A stretch of 42,816 nt of DNA from a virus (Duplodnaviria > Caudoviricetes): positions 1-42,816 of the IMG/VR virus record IMGVR_UViG_3300033513_000022, one strand, 5' to 3'. Under the pieces are notes generated by a model, which searched no databases, was not told the DNA's origin, and saw only the letters and a program-made list of their open reading frames with translations. Shown piece by piece: positions 8,353-16,551 of this stretch. The position numbers were made by a program, and so were the translations under genes. How positions within the stretch are numbered: the first letter of the stretch is position 1; every line of letters starts with the position of its first letter.

Positions 8353-10464
8353 CTACCTCACGACGGGGGCCACGGTGCAAAGGCAGTTAATGACATTGCC
8401 CGCGCTTGCCCCGCCCCGCCTGTCACCGGGATATTCGAGCGATTCGCCGCCGACGTTGAAGTCCTCGTCTATGCCGACCTCTTGCCCGTCCGCTTCCTTG
8501 TGCTCATCGCGGGACGCTTCAACAAACGAGCAAATCCAGACCTTCGCGTTGACGTACTCATTCTCCTTGAAGCCTTCGAGGTTGCCGAAGTTCTCCAACA
8601 TCCCCGTCTCCGTCCTCGCTATGCGCCGCGCCCTCACGTCGGGCATCTGGTCGACGAGTTTGTCCTTGAGCGCGTTGGCTATCTCCTGCACGGTCAGGTT
8701 CGTTCCCGTCGCCTCGCGCAAGACGGCCTGGATTTCGCTCAAGGTCTCATCTGTGATGACCCTCGCCGCTTCCTCGATGAGCGTTTCAAGTTTCGCCCTG
8801 AGCGCGTCGCTGATGCCCGGCGGGTCGGCCTTGTCGTCCTCGGTAAAGTCGTAGAGTTTGCCTTCGGTCATGTGCCGGCCGGCGGCGAGTGCAGAGGCGA
8901 AGAGCTTCAGGTAGCGGGACTTGAAGCGCGTCGTGTAGGACTTCTCCGCCTCCGCCCTATTGAGGAGCAGGTCGGCGTTGGTGATGCCCTGCCCGGCTTT
9001 GGCGACAACGGACTTGGCCTGGGTTTCGAGGTACGCCCGCACGTCGCGCACGAGGAGCCGTTCCTTCGCCGTGATGCGTCGTTCGAAGTTCTGCCACAGG
9101 GCCTTGCGCTCGTTCTCCCCGCGCCAGAACGCGCCGAGGGACTTGCCCTTGAACGGGCGGAAGTGCTTGGCGGGCTTGTCCTCATCGTCCTCGTCAGGCT
9201 TGTCCTCGTCATCCGGCGTGAAGTCGGGCGGGGGTTCGGGTTCGGCAAGTGCTTGGTCAAGCGGCAGGTCGCCCATGCCGACAAGGATCACGTCCCCGCC
9301 CTCTATTTCGTCATAACCACAGGCGACTCGCTTCTCGTTCAGGGTCAGCCACTTGGCGAGGTTGAGGTAGGCGTACTTCTTGCCCCGGTCTTCCTGGATG
9401 GCCTCTATCTTGTCTCGGTCGTAGTCGAGGTAGAGTTTGTCCCCGTAATAGGGCACGAGCCACGCATTCAGTTCGTCCCGGTAAATGTCCACTAAGGGCA
9501 GGACCGTTTCGTGATACAGCCCTTTCTTGGCCTCTTCCCTATTCGAGTAGGTTGAGTATTCCGCATCGCCATGAAGGATCGGGTCGGAACCGAGCGTGAC
9601 GATGATCTCCCGCGTCGTAAGTTTTAAGCCCTCAAGCCAATCCATCTCCTTCGCGGTCTTGGCTAAGTCCTTCCATTCAATATCCCGCCCTTCGAGGATG
9701 ATCGGCATTCCGGCATTCTCGCTACCCTGGTATTGCGCCCGGAACATTTCTTTGAACTTTTGGAGATTCCCGAGAGCGGGGGCCGTCATCATGCCGGGGG
9801 TCCGCATATCATTCTGGAGGATTCGCTTGTTCCACGCCGTCCCCTCATTCAACGTATCGATGAGATGGCCCGCGACTTGGAGGCGGGACAGGCCGTACCA
9901 GTCGTTCGTCGGGTGAAATTCCATGAGATGCAAGATGTCTTCGGACTTGAACTTCGTTGGGTTTGCTCCGGCGTTGTATTCATAACCCGCAACGGGCTGC
10001 TGCCAATTTCCCGTGATGATCTTCATCCGGTCGGGGCGGAGCGTGTAGAGGAAAGTCGGCGGGGCGGACTCAATGCCGCGAACGGCCGTGATGTAGGAAT
10101 TCCCGTCAATAAGCAAAAAGGCGAAAATCTTCTCTTGAAGTCTGGCCCCGCTCTCGCCGCCGATCCGTGTCCCAAAGCGCGTTTTCTCGCCGTTCGGACG
10201 ACGCAGCAACTGGAGTAACGGATGGTCGTCGAACTCGCCCTTCTGTCCTTTTTGACCCTTCCGCATCAAAGTCCATTCGATTCGGCTTGCGGTCTTGGAG
10301 ATAAGAGAGACGGCCGAAAAAGCGGCCGCGCACTTGACGTAACCTTCGTTGGCTAGGTTGGCGAAGTCCGCCGGGGTCCACACGGCTTGACCGAGGCTGT
10401 ACATGGACAGAATGGAGCGATTCGCGGGATTCTCTTTTCGACTCAGGAAACGCGGCAATCTCAT
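8353..10464 (-). CDS. HK97-family portal protein fused to a MuF (SPP1 gp7-like) head morphogenesis domain
   Basis: Portal motifs (HPLLQLLRRPN, GNSY, LRPDRM, YGLS, LTLNEKR), an acidic Pro linker, then RARRIARTE..KVW..R.EH..DGQ..F.VGG..PGD..INCLC. Confidence 0.9.
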   Translation of the reverse strand: MRLPRFLSRKENPANRSILSMYSLGQAVWTPADFANLANEGYVKCAAAFSAVSLISKTASRIEWTLMRKGQKGQKGEFDDHPLLQLLRRPNGEKTRFGTRIGGESGARLQEKIFAFLLIDGNSYITAVRGIESAPPTFLYTLRPDRMKIITGNWQQPVAGYEYNAGANPTKFKSEDILHLMEFHPTNDWYGLSRLQVAGHLIDTLNEGTAWNKRILQNDMRTPGMMTAPALGNLQKFKEMFRAQYQGSENAGMPIILEGRDIEWKDLAKTAKEMDWLEGLKLTTREIIVTLGSDPILHGDAEYSTYSNREEAKKGLYHETVLPLVDIYRDELNAWLVPYYGDKLYLDYDRDKIEAIQEDRGKKYAYLNLAKWLTLNEKRVACGYDEIEGGDVILVGMGDLPLDQALAEPEPPPDFTPDDEDKPDEDDEDKPAKHFRPFKGKSLGAFWRGENERKALWQNFERRITAKERLLVRDVRAYLETQAKSVVAKAGQGITNADLLLNRAEAEKSYTTRFKSRYLKLFASALAAGRHMTEGKLYDFTEDDKADPPGISDALRAKLETLIEEAARVITDETLSEIQAVLREATGTNLTVQEIANALKDKLVDQMPDVRARRIARTETGMLENFGNLEGFKENEYVNAKVWICSFVEASRDEHKEADGQEVGIDEDFNVGGESLEYPGDRRGGASAGNVINCLCTVAPVVR

Positions 10465-10475
10465 GTGCTACTCCA

Positions 10476-11732
10476 TCACGTCCAACTGACGATCCGTACG
10501 GCCCCTTCGTCTGCAAACGCATAGATGACCGCCTCGGCCCTATCGGGACTCTTGAGCCCCTTCTTCTTCATGTCCGCCTTCGACGTGATCTCGATTTGAC
10601 CGGAGGACGTGATCTTGTAGGTGCAGGACGTGAACTGCGCTTTCAATATCTCGTCATTCGGCAGAGCGACGTTGCCCTCGATAAGCCGCTCGCGGAAACC
10701 CCAATAAATCTCGGCCTTGCGGTTCTTGAATCGTTCCGGCTCGCGCGCCGACTCCCCGCCGTGGATCTCCGTCACGTCGTGGTTGAGTTCCTTGAGCCTA
10801 TCGACGACGCCGAAGCCCATGCCGTCGGCATCGACCTTGAGCGCAGAGGGTTGCCTTGCGTTTATCCATTGGACGATCCGGCCCGTAAGCTCCATGAGGT
10901 CGGATTTGGCGATGGTTTCCTCGATGGATACGACCGGACCCTGGCGAAGGACGATGACAGCCTCGTCGTCTCCCTCCCGCGCCACGTCAACCCCCAACTC
11001 CCGCGGCTCGGACGGTTCCAGTCGGCGTCCCGTGGCGGCGATGATCGAGGCGTAGGGGAAGACGTTGTTCGTCCCTTCGAACGCGCCCCAATCGCCCTCG
11101 ATGAACCGCTTCTGCCAATCGTCGGGGAAGATGGCCCGAAGCCGGGCAACGTAGTCGGCGGGCAGGTAGGGGTTGTCTTTGGGGAGCGCGGGGACAAAGA
11201 TATGGCCGGGCAGTTTCTGGTCGATGAACCGGGTCTTTATCCAGCCGGGGTCGGGGTTCGTCGCCAGGAGTCCGAAGTAGCGGATGCCTGGGAGTTTGAG
11301 CCGCAATCGGCCGGCAAGCGTCAGGAAGTACCTCTCCGCCGTCTCTGATGCCTCGTCGATGGCGAACCAGCCGAGGTCGAAGGAGCGAAGCCGTTGCTCT
11401 GAGTCTGGCGAGTCGTCCAGACCCCCATAGTAGATGCGGGAGCCGTTCTGTAGGTCATAGTAGGCGGGCGAAGACTTGTGATGCTCGGCGATAAGCCCCG
11501 CCTCCGTGAGCATCGTATCGAGGACAAGCCCGGTCGTCTTCGTGAAGTCAACGTTCGTGTTGCGGCAGATATAGCCGCGATTGCCCGGATAGTCGCATGA
11601 CAGGGCGGTAGCCTCGGCGCACAAGGCCCATGTCTTCCCGCCTCCCTGGGCTCCGCCGTAGAGCTTGTACATCTCGGGCGCGGCATGGAACAGGGCTTGG
11701 CGCGGCGTCGCGGTGTAAACGACTTTATTCAA
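10476..11732 (-). CDS. terL: Terminase large subunit
   Basis: Walker A GGAQGGGKT, Walker B FAIDEASE, TNP coupling motif, nuclease motifs GVDVAREGDD and SPDRAEA. Confidence 0.95.
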   Translation of the reverse strand: MNKVVYTATPRQALFHAAPEMYKLYGGAQGGGKTWALCAEATALSCDYPGNRGYICRNTNVDFTKTTGLVLDTMLTEAGLIAEHHKSSPAYYDLQNGSRIYYGGLDDSPDSEQRLRSFDLGWFAIDEASETAERYFLTLAGRLRLKLPGIRYFGLLATNPDPGWIKTRFIDQKLPGHIFVPALPKDNPYLPADYVARLRAIFPDDWQKRFIEGDWGAFEGTNNVFPYASIIAATGRRLEPSEPRELGVDVAREGDDEAVIVLRQGPVVSIEETIAKSDLMELTGRIVQWINARQPSALKVDADGMGFGVVDRLKELNHDVTEIHGGESAREPERFKNRKAEIYWGFRERLIEGNVALPNDEILKAQFTSCTYKITSSGQIEITSKADMKKKGLKSPDRAEAVIYAFADEGAVRIVSWT

Positions 11733-12048
11733 CGGACTTCTCCGGCCGGGGCATCTGGAACAGGACAGTATGGGTATGGGTCAGGTCCCCGCTCACGGGC
11801 TGAGTGACCTTGCCGAGGAGACGGTCGAGGATTTCCTGGGCGGCCCACGACTGACGCGCCTTGAATGCCTTGATGAGAAGGTCGGCAGCGTCCTCGGGGG
11901 TCAACTTCTCAGCGAGGGCGTTATGGAACTTGATAGACCATGCGGCACGTTCCCGACTCATGGCCCCGGTCGGATTGCGCCGAGAGTCCGCCCCCTTCTT
12001 GAACGGCTTGAGCCGGGCAGTTTTCTCAGCAAGACTGTCAGTCATCAA
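11725..12048 (-). CDS. terS: Putative terminase small subunit
   Basis: Immediately upstream of terL; LKPFKKG..RRNPTG and ILDRLLGK motifs. Confidence 0.75.
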   Translation of the reverse strand: MMTDSLAEKTARLKPFKKGADSRRNPTGAMSRERAAWSIKFHNALAEKLTPEDAADLLIKAFKARQSWAAQEILDRLLGKVTQPVSGDLTHTHTVLFQMPRPEKSVE

Positions 12049-12226
12049 CCTTCTCCGCTATCGCCACGGCCACGCGTCTTGTCGCGTCGTGAACTTCGTC
12101 GAGTTTCGCCACGAGACCCTTCTCCGGGCTGTCGATTTCGAGGAGGATGCGAACGGACTTGTCGCCCGTTGACAGGCTCTTTGTCTTGACCTCTTTGATG
12201 AGGGCTTCGAAGGCGAACTTCTTCAC
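12038..12226 (-). CDS. Hypothetical protein
   Basis: 62 aa; overlaps both neighbours. Confidence 0.6.
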   Translation of the reverse strand: MKKFAFEALIKEVKTKSLSTGDKSVRILLEIDSPEKGLVAKLDEVHDATRRVAVAIAEKVDD

Positions 12227-12528
12227 TTCGGCGGCACCCTTCCGAGGAGTTCCTTGATATCGCTCCCTATGACCTCAAGGGCCTTCTTCGTATCGTTCTT
12301 GAACTCATTGAGAACGGCTATGTCCTCGCCGTGTTGCTTGCACGTCTCACCCTGCCCCGGTTTCGCCCCGTTCCCGTTCTTCTTCCCCCTCATGCGCCCG
12401 AGGAGGAAGTCCGAACCCTTGATGATGGCGACCGTTGCGATGCTGGCGATGACCCCGGTCGGGATGGCGACTGTTATGCCGCCCTGCTTGGCCGCCTCTG
12501 CCGCAACTTGAGCCGCTTCGTAGAGCAT
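12223..12528 (-). CDS. Holin/hemolysin-like single-TM protein
   Basis: GGGAGG RBS and TGATG overlap; hydrophobic ITVAIPTGVIASIATVAII followed by a C..H coiled segment. Confidence 0.55.
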   Translation of the reverse strand: MLYEAAQVAAEAAKQGGITVAIPTGVIASIATVAIIKGSDFLLGRMRGKKNGNGAKPGQGETCKQHGEDIAVLNEFKNDTKKALEVIGSDIKELLGRVPPK

Positions 12529-13028
12529 CAGTCCTCCCATTCCTTGAACCGTTCACTTGCCGGGTAGTAGATGCCGAACACGCCCGCGAACCCCTTCCGC
12601 GCCAAGTAGTGCCTCGCGTCCATATCGCCAGACGTGAAACCTCTCGGCGTGAAGTGGTTGTGGACGCAATGCGTGATGTCCTCGATGCGCCGCCCCGATT
12701 TGATGATGGCCTCAACCATGAGCGAGATGGGGCAGTCGATGGCCTCGGCGTGCTGTGTCGTGAAGGATACCCATGAGCCGTTGCGGAAGACGAAGACGAC
12801 CGTCTCGAAAGGTTCGGTGAAGAAGGCGGGCGAGCCCTTCCAGATGACGCCCTGCTTGATGAGAACCGAGTCGCCCGAGCCGATGAACTCGGCCCCGTCG
12901 AAGATGGCGGCCGCTTCCGCCGCGTCCTGCCTAGCCTCGGCGAATTGAAGGAAGATGCCAGCCGCACCCGCGCAGAGGACGAGGATGCACGCGACGACGA
13001 CCAGGGCCATGCTCTCGTAGCGGTTCAC
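12528..13028 (-). CDS. Membrane-anchored JAB/MPN-like metalloprotein
   Basis: N-terminal TM (ALVVVACILVLCAGAAGIFL); upstream Glu in EPFETVVFV; HNH-x6-T-x2-D (HNHFTPRGFTSGD). Confidence 0.55.
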   Translation of the reverse strand: MNRYESMALVVVACILVLCAGAAGIFLQFAEARQDAAEAAAIFDGAEFIGSGDSVLIKQGVIWKGSPAFFTEPFETVVFVFRNGSWVSFTTQHAEAIDCPISLMVEAIIKSGRRIEDITHCVHNHFTPRGFTSGDMDARHYLARKGFAGVFGIYYPASERFKEWED

Positions 13029-13657
13029 TTGAACACCCTATCCACGGCCATGCCGATGCCGATGCCCGCCGCGCCCCATAAGACCTTCTCAAGCGTCGAT
13101 GCCCGCTTCTCATGCCCGAGGGATGCGTTGAGGTCACGGATGGTCGCCTCGAGGCCCGCCTCACGTTTTTCGTGAGCGGCTATCTGCTCATGGAGCGCGG
13201 CACTTGTGTTGCTCCAAGCCGCCTGTTGTGCAACCCAAGCGGGTTTGAGTTGCATTTCGTATTCATTTCCAACGGCCATGAGCCGGATTGCCCCGCGCCA
13301 TGTCTCAACGCCCATCGTGACGCGCTTCCCGTCGGTCGTGATATCGGACGCGCCGAGGAGCCGCGCACCGTCATCAACGAGCTGTTGAGGGGTTGCGGTC
13401 TTGATTCGGCTCAACTCCGCCAAGAGCGCGGCTTCGCGTCTTGCGGATTGGGCCAGGAGATCCGCCTCTCTTTGCTCAGATGCGGCGACTCGCTCGGCGG
13501 CCGCTGTGACTTTCTCGGCCAGGGCGACGTTCTGTGCCTCGCTTGCCTTTAGCCTCGCCTCTGTCGCCCGTCTCTCGGCCCTGTCCTGGTCAAGCAGGAA
13601 CAGGCCGACCGCGATTACGACGACGAGGAGGAGCCAGGGGAGCCAGGGATGCTTCAC
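13025..13657 (-). CDS. Spanin-like coiled-coil membrane protein
   Basis: N-terminal TM, long Ala/Glu-rich coiled coil and a C-terminal hydrophobic Gly-rich segment; located in the lysis region. Confidence 0.55.
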   Translation of the reverse strand: MKHPWLPWLLLVVVIAVGLFLLDQDRAERRATEARLKASEAQNVALAEKVTAAAERVAASEQREADLLAQSARREAALLAELSRIKTATPQQLVDDGARLLGASDITTDGKRVTMGVETWRGAIRLMAVGNEYEMQLKPAWVAQQAAWSNTSAALHEQIAAHEKREAGLEATIRDLNASLGHEKRASTLEKVLWGAAGIGIGMAVDRVFK

Positions 13658-13842
13658 TTGGCTTCACCCTTTCGTTCGTTCCACTTGGCGACCGCATCCT
13701 CGTCCGTTGCCTTTCCGGGCGGGCCATAGACGTCCGGCCCCGTCGCCCCGCAATTCCCGCACAGAACCCAGGAGTAGGAATCGCCCCGTTTGATGCTTGT
13801 CTCCCGTTTCTTGCAGAACGGGCAGGGCTTGGGCTTGGTCAC
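13654..13842 (-). CDS. Lar-family (restriction alleviation-like) Zn-binding protein
   Basis: KPCPFC..CGNCGATGP..AVAKWN; GTG start overlaps the upstream stop. Confidence 0.75.
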   Translation of the reverse strand: MTKPKPCPFCKKRETSIKRGDSYSWVLCGNCGATGPDVYGPPGKATDEDAVAKWNERKGEAK

Positions 13843-14063
13843 TTGGCAACGTCCCCGTTCGTCTCCGGCGTTATGACGGTCGTCCCGTTCGGCAGTTTGA
13901 GTTCCTTCCAGAGTCGCCGGCCCGTGAGGGCCCCGAACAGGCTCAAGAAGGCGAGCCAACACTCCGAGAAGGGGGCTTTCGTCTTGAAGGCAAAGTAGGT
14001 CGTGGCGGCAAAGGTCAGGAGCCACGCCGGGCCGGTTCGGACTTCGAAGTTGAAGAGTTTCAT
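13839..14063 (-). CDS. Small two-TM protein, holin candidate
   Basis: Two hydrophobic segments; directly after the endolysin gene. Confidence 0.55.
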   Translation of the reverse strand: MKLFNFEVRTGPAWLLTFAATTYFAFKTKAPFSECWLAFLSLFGALTGRRLWKELKLPNGTTVITPETNGDVAK

Positions 14064-14453
14064 TTAATCCCCCCGAACGATGGCGAACGTCACCGCCTTG
14101 AGTAACGGCGAGGGCAGCCATACGGCGTTGTCAACGTGCAGATGGGCATCGCTCACCTCAAAGCGTCGGATGCCCAGACGGTAGAAAATGTCGTAGAGGT
14201 GAGCCCTGGTCAGATCGGAATAGCATCTGATGTCGGCGGCGTGGCAGAACCCGTCCGGCCCGACTAGGTGTGCCGACTTCTTGGCCCCGCCAACCTTCGT
14301 GTTGTGCGCCTCACAGCGGCAAGCGGAATTGAGGAGGATGGGCCGCCCGAACTTCTCCCGAGCCGCGTTGAGGATGGCCCGCATCTTCGGGTCAAACTTG
14401 TCCATCCCGCAATGGGGGCAGGCAAAACTCTCAGGGAACCAATCCTTTGGCAT
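14064..14453 (-). CDS. Endolysin, peptidase M15A family
   Basis: CPHCG, SACRC..HN..VGGA..S.H..AADI and HLHVD motifs. Confidence 0.9.
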   Translation of the reverse strand: MPKDWFPESFACPHCGMDKFDPKMRAILNAAREKFGRPILLNSACRCEAHNTKVGGAKKSAHLVGPDGFCHAADIRCYSDLTRAHLYDIFYRLGIRRFEVSDAHLHVDNAVWLPSPLLKAVTFAIVRGD

Positions 14454-14458
14454 GCTGG

Positions 14459-14635
14459 TCAGGGCAGGCGTTTCTTGATGAGGCCCAGGACGCCCTCGAC
14501 GAAGAGCCAGATGATGAAGAAGACCAGGGCATCGCCGAACGTCTTGCCGGCGGCCACGGCGATCTGCGTGTAGGCGAAGATGAGGCCGAGGCGGATGATC
14601 GTCCAGCGTTTTTCGAGCCAGAAGCGTTTAATCAT
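14459..14635 (-). CDS. 58-aa two-TM holin candidate (not in the ORF track)
   Basis: MIKRFWLEKRWTIIRLGLIFAYTQIAVAAGKTFGDALVFFIIWLFVEGVLGLIKKRLP; GGAGG RBS; directly upstream of the endolysin. Confidence 0.65.
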   Translation of the reverse strand: MIKRFWLEKRWTIIRLGLIFAYTQIAVAAGKTFGDALVFFIIWLFVEGVLGLIKKRLP

Positions 14636-14681
14636 TCAGTCCTCCACACCAAAAAATTGGGGATGGAGGAGGCCCGGGAAA

Positions 14682-14954
14682 TTATGGGTTTCGGGTGATA
14701 TGAAGACCCAATTCGCGGAGCGTGCGGCCGTTCATTTTGGGCAAGACCAGGGTGTTGTCTCCCTGATATTCACGGAGCCGATGCGGTTTGTTCTTGGGGT
14801 TGGAAATTCCCGGCGGCGGCCAATCGGGTTCAATTGGACCCACAATGACCGATTCGCAATAACCGCAGAGGCACAAACTTGGGGTGACGTGCCCATTCTC
14901 GACCAAAAATACGTCCCCGCAATTTTCACAGCGGGCCTTAATTGTGTTTAGCAT
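14682..14954 (-). CDS. Zn-ribbon protein, possibly leaderless
   Basis: CENC..CLCGYC; start could be 14954 or 14960. Confidence 0.55.
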   Translation of the reverse strand: MLNTIKARCENCGDVFLVENGHVTPSLCLCGYCESVIVGPIEPDWPPPGISNPKNKPHRLREYQGDNTLVLPKMNGRTLRELGLHITRNP

Positions 14955-14960
14955 CCCCAT

Positions 14961-15051
14961 ATAATGGGGTTGGAAATAGGGACGGAATCAGGTTAAGCGA
15001 GGAAAGGAATCAGGAAAGGTGAGGAAAGGAATCGGGTAGAACGAAGGAATT
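14961..15051 (-). promoter_or_regulatory. Candidate activator-dependent late promoter with periodic direct repeats
   Basis: ggaat(c/t) at 14984, 15006, 15028 and 15046; aggaaagg at 15000, 15012 and 15022; CATTAT -10-like hexamer at 14966-14961. Confidence 0.5.
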
Positions 15052-15373
15052 ACTCGTTGACAAGATTTTCAAGCGGGTGCATTTTGTAGCCCCTCTCGCC
15101 TTTTTTCTTGATGGCGATGAGGCGCACGAACGCTTGTTGCCCGCCGAATTTATATTCCCGACAAAGCCGAATGTCCTCTTGGGTTATCTTGTCAATGACG
15201 CATCTGATTTTCAACGTCTGATAATCAAGGGGAGCCTCTAAATGATAGGGGCAGTCCCGATCGCGGAGGAGGATGACTTTGCTTTTTTCCCCATGAACGC
15301 GCTTGAGGTCTTTGCGGACGGCGAACACGAATCGGTCTAATCTCTGCTTGATTGCATCAACGGGCATGGTCAT
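15050..15373 (-). CDS. Hypothetical basic protein
   Basis: 107 aa (start may be 15367); last gene before the late control region. Confidence 0.6.
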   Translation of the reverse strand: MTMPVDAIKQRLDRFVFAVRKDLKRVHGEKSKVILLRDRDCPYHLEAPLDYQTLKIRCVIDKITQEDIRLCREYKFGGQQAFVRLIAIKKKGERGYKMHPLENLVNE

Positions 15374-15662
15374 TCTCCTTGTTCGCCTCCGCTTCGTTCG
15401 GCTCGGAGGGGGCGATGGGCCACGGGCACCATTTCGGTATTGTTCCGTGCGTTATGTCCACGTTCCATTTGCAACGTGGTTCTGGTAGTTTTGGATGATG
15501 GCAATAATCTACCGGGAGCGCATCTTGATCCTCGTGGGCCAACGGTCGTCCGCAACAGTATAGGCAATCCTCACAACTATAAATATCAAGCGTTACCCGC
15601 CTACCGCACCGCGCTCCGCGTTTCGCCCTGGCCTGCCGCTTCTTCACCGCCGCGTCGGTCAT
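15357..15662 (-). CDS. Cys-rich protein (CxxC...C...IPxWCP)
   Basis: SCEDC..DYCHHP..TIPKWCPW; ATGA overlap. Confidence 0.65.
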   Translation of the reverse strand: MTDAAVKKRQARAKRGARCGRRVTLDIYSCEDCLYCCGRPLAHEDQDALPVDYCHHPKLPEPRCKWNVDITHGTIPKWCPWPIAPSEPNEAEANKENDHAR

Positions 15663-16129
15663 TTCGGCTCGACCTCGATGCCGGACTCACGATCTCGTAG
15701 CATTTTCCATGCGTCGCAAAAGATATTGGCAAAGGTCATGCAATATGACGATTGAGGTAGGACGACCTCAAAAAGAATTTGCTCATCAGGGAGGACTTTT
15801 CCCGCTTCCATTCCCGGTATCGTTTGGCCCGGAGGGTACGGAGTCAGAAGCCGAAAGAAAACGACAGATACCTCATTGTCCCGGGTGATGGTTGCGACTC
15901 CGACTTCTTTGCCTCCTGCCGTAACTCGGTTGAGAGTCACCGTCCTCCCCAGCTGCGACTTGAGGTGAGCGAGGGCGGCGCGGTCTTTGACCTCTTCTTC
16001 CAAAGCCTCATCTAGGCCGTATAAGACATCAGACCTTTTCCTTTGTATAAGCGAATCTTCAATAGCATAGGACATCCGCGCCAATGCCTTCTCGTCCTCT
16101 TCGGTAAGACCATGTGGCTCGTTGTTCAT
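15659..16129 (-). CDS. Hypothetical protein carrying a C-terminal domain shared with 16544-17092
   Basis: AGGKEVGVATITRD...CMTFANIFCDAW. Confidence 0.7.
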   Translation of the reverse strand: MNNEPHGLTEEDEKALARMSYAIEDSLIQRKRSDVLYGLDEALEEEVKDRAALAHLKSQLGRTVTLNRVTAGGKEVGVATITRDNEVSVVFFRLLTPYPPGQTIPGMEAGKVLPDEQILFEVVLPQSSYCMTFANIFCDAWKMLRDRESGIEVEPK

Positions 16130-16257
16130 TTCAGAACTCCAAACAACAGCAGAAGCAATGGAATCAACGCTGGCACAAGAAGTATAATGGTAACAAAATA
16201 TCTAAATAGGCGGCCCACTAATGTTTCCTCGTTTTGGTCAAACACTCCGAAAGACAT
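16126..16257 (-). CDS. 43-aa single-TM protein (not in the ORF track)
   Basis: MSFGVFDQNEETLVGRLFRYFVTIILLVPALIPLLLLLFGVLK; AAGGAG RBS; ATGA overlap. Confidence 0.55.
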   Translation of the reverse strand: MSFGVFDQNEETLVGRLFRYFVTIILLVPALIPLLLLLFGVLK

Positions 16258-16293
16258 TATCCGTTCTCCTTTCCCTGCTCACGCTCGGCTTGC

Positions 16294-16551
16294 TCATCGG
16301 GGCGGCTCCTTTTTTTCGTTGAGTTTTTTTCGAAGGTCGCTGGCGGCATCATAGACTCGCTTGCCGTAGGTGATTCGGTTCTCACATGGCCCCGTAGCGG
16401 CCTCTATCAGCGGCATGGCGTCCTCGTAGTCGGCGAGGATGGAGAGGAGGTCATCGTAAGCATCCACGTTACTTGGAATGAGTTTCCTCATCCATCGCCG
16501 CAAGCGCTGAAGCCACGCCCTCAACTCCGCGAGCCGGGCTTTGTCAATCAT
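16294..16551 (-). CDS. Hypothetical protein
   Basis: 85 aa; AAGGAG RBS. Confidence 0.6.
   Translation of the reverse strand: MIDKARLAELRAWLQRLRRWMRKLIPSNVDAYDDLLSILADYEDAMPLIEAATGPCENRITYGKRVYDAASDLRKKLNEKKEPPR

Noticed and set aside
14984-15051. Mini CRISPR array
   Set aside because: The repeats are too short and degenerate, there are no spacer-length unique sequences, and no cas genes are present.
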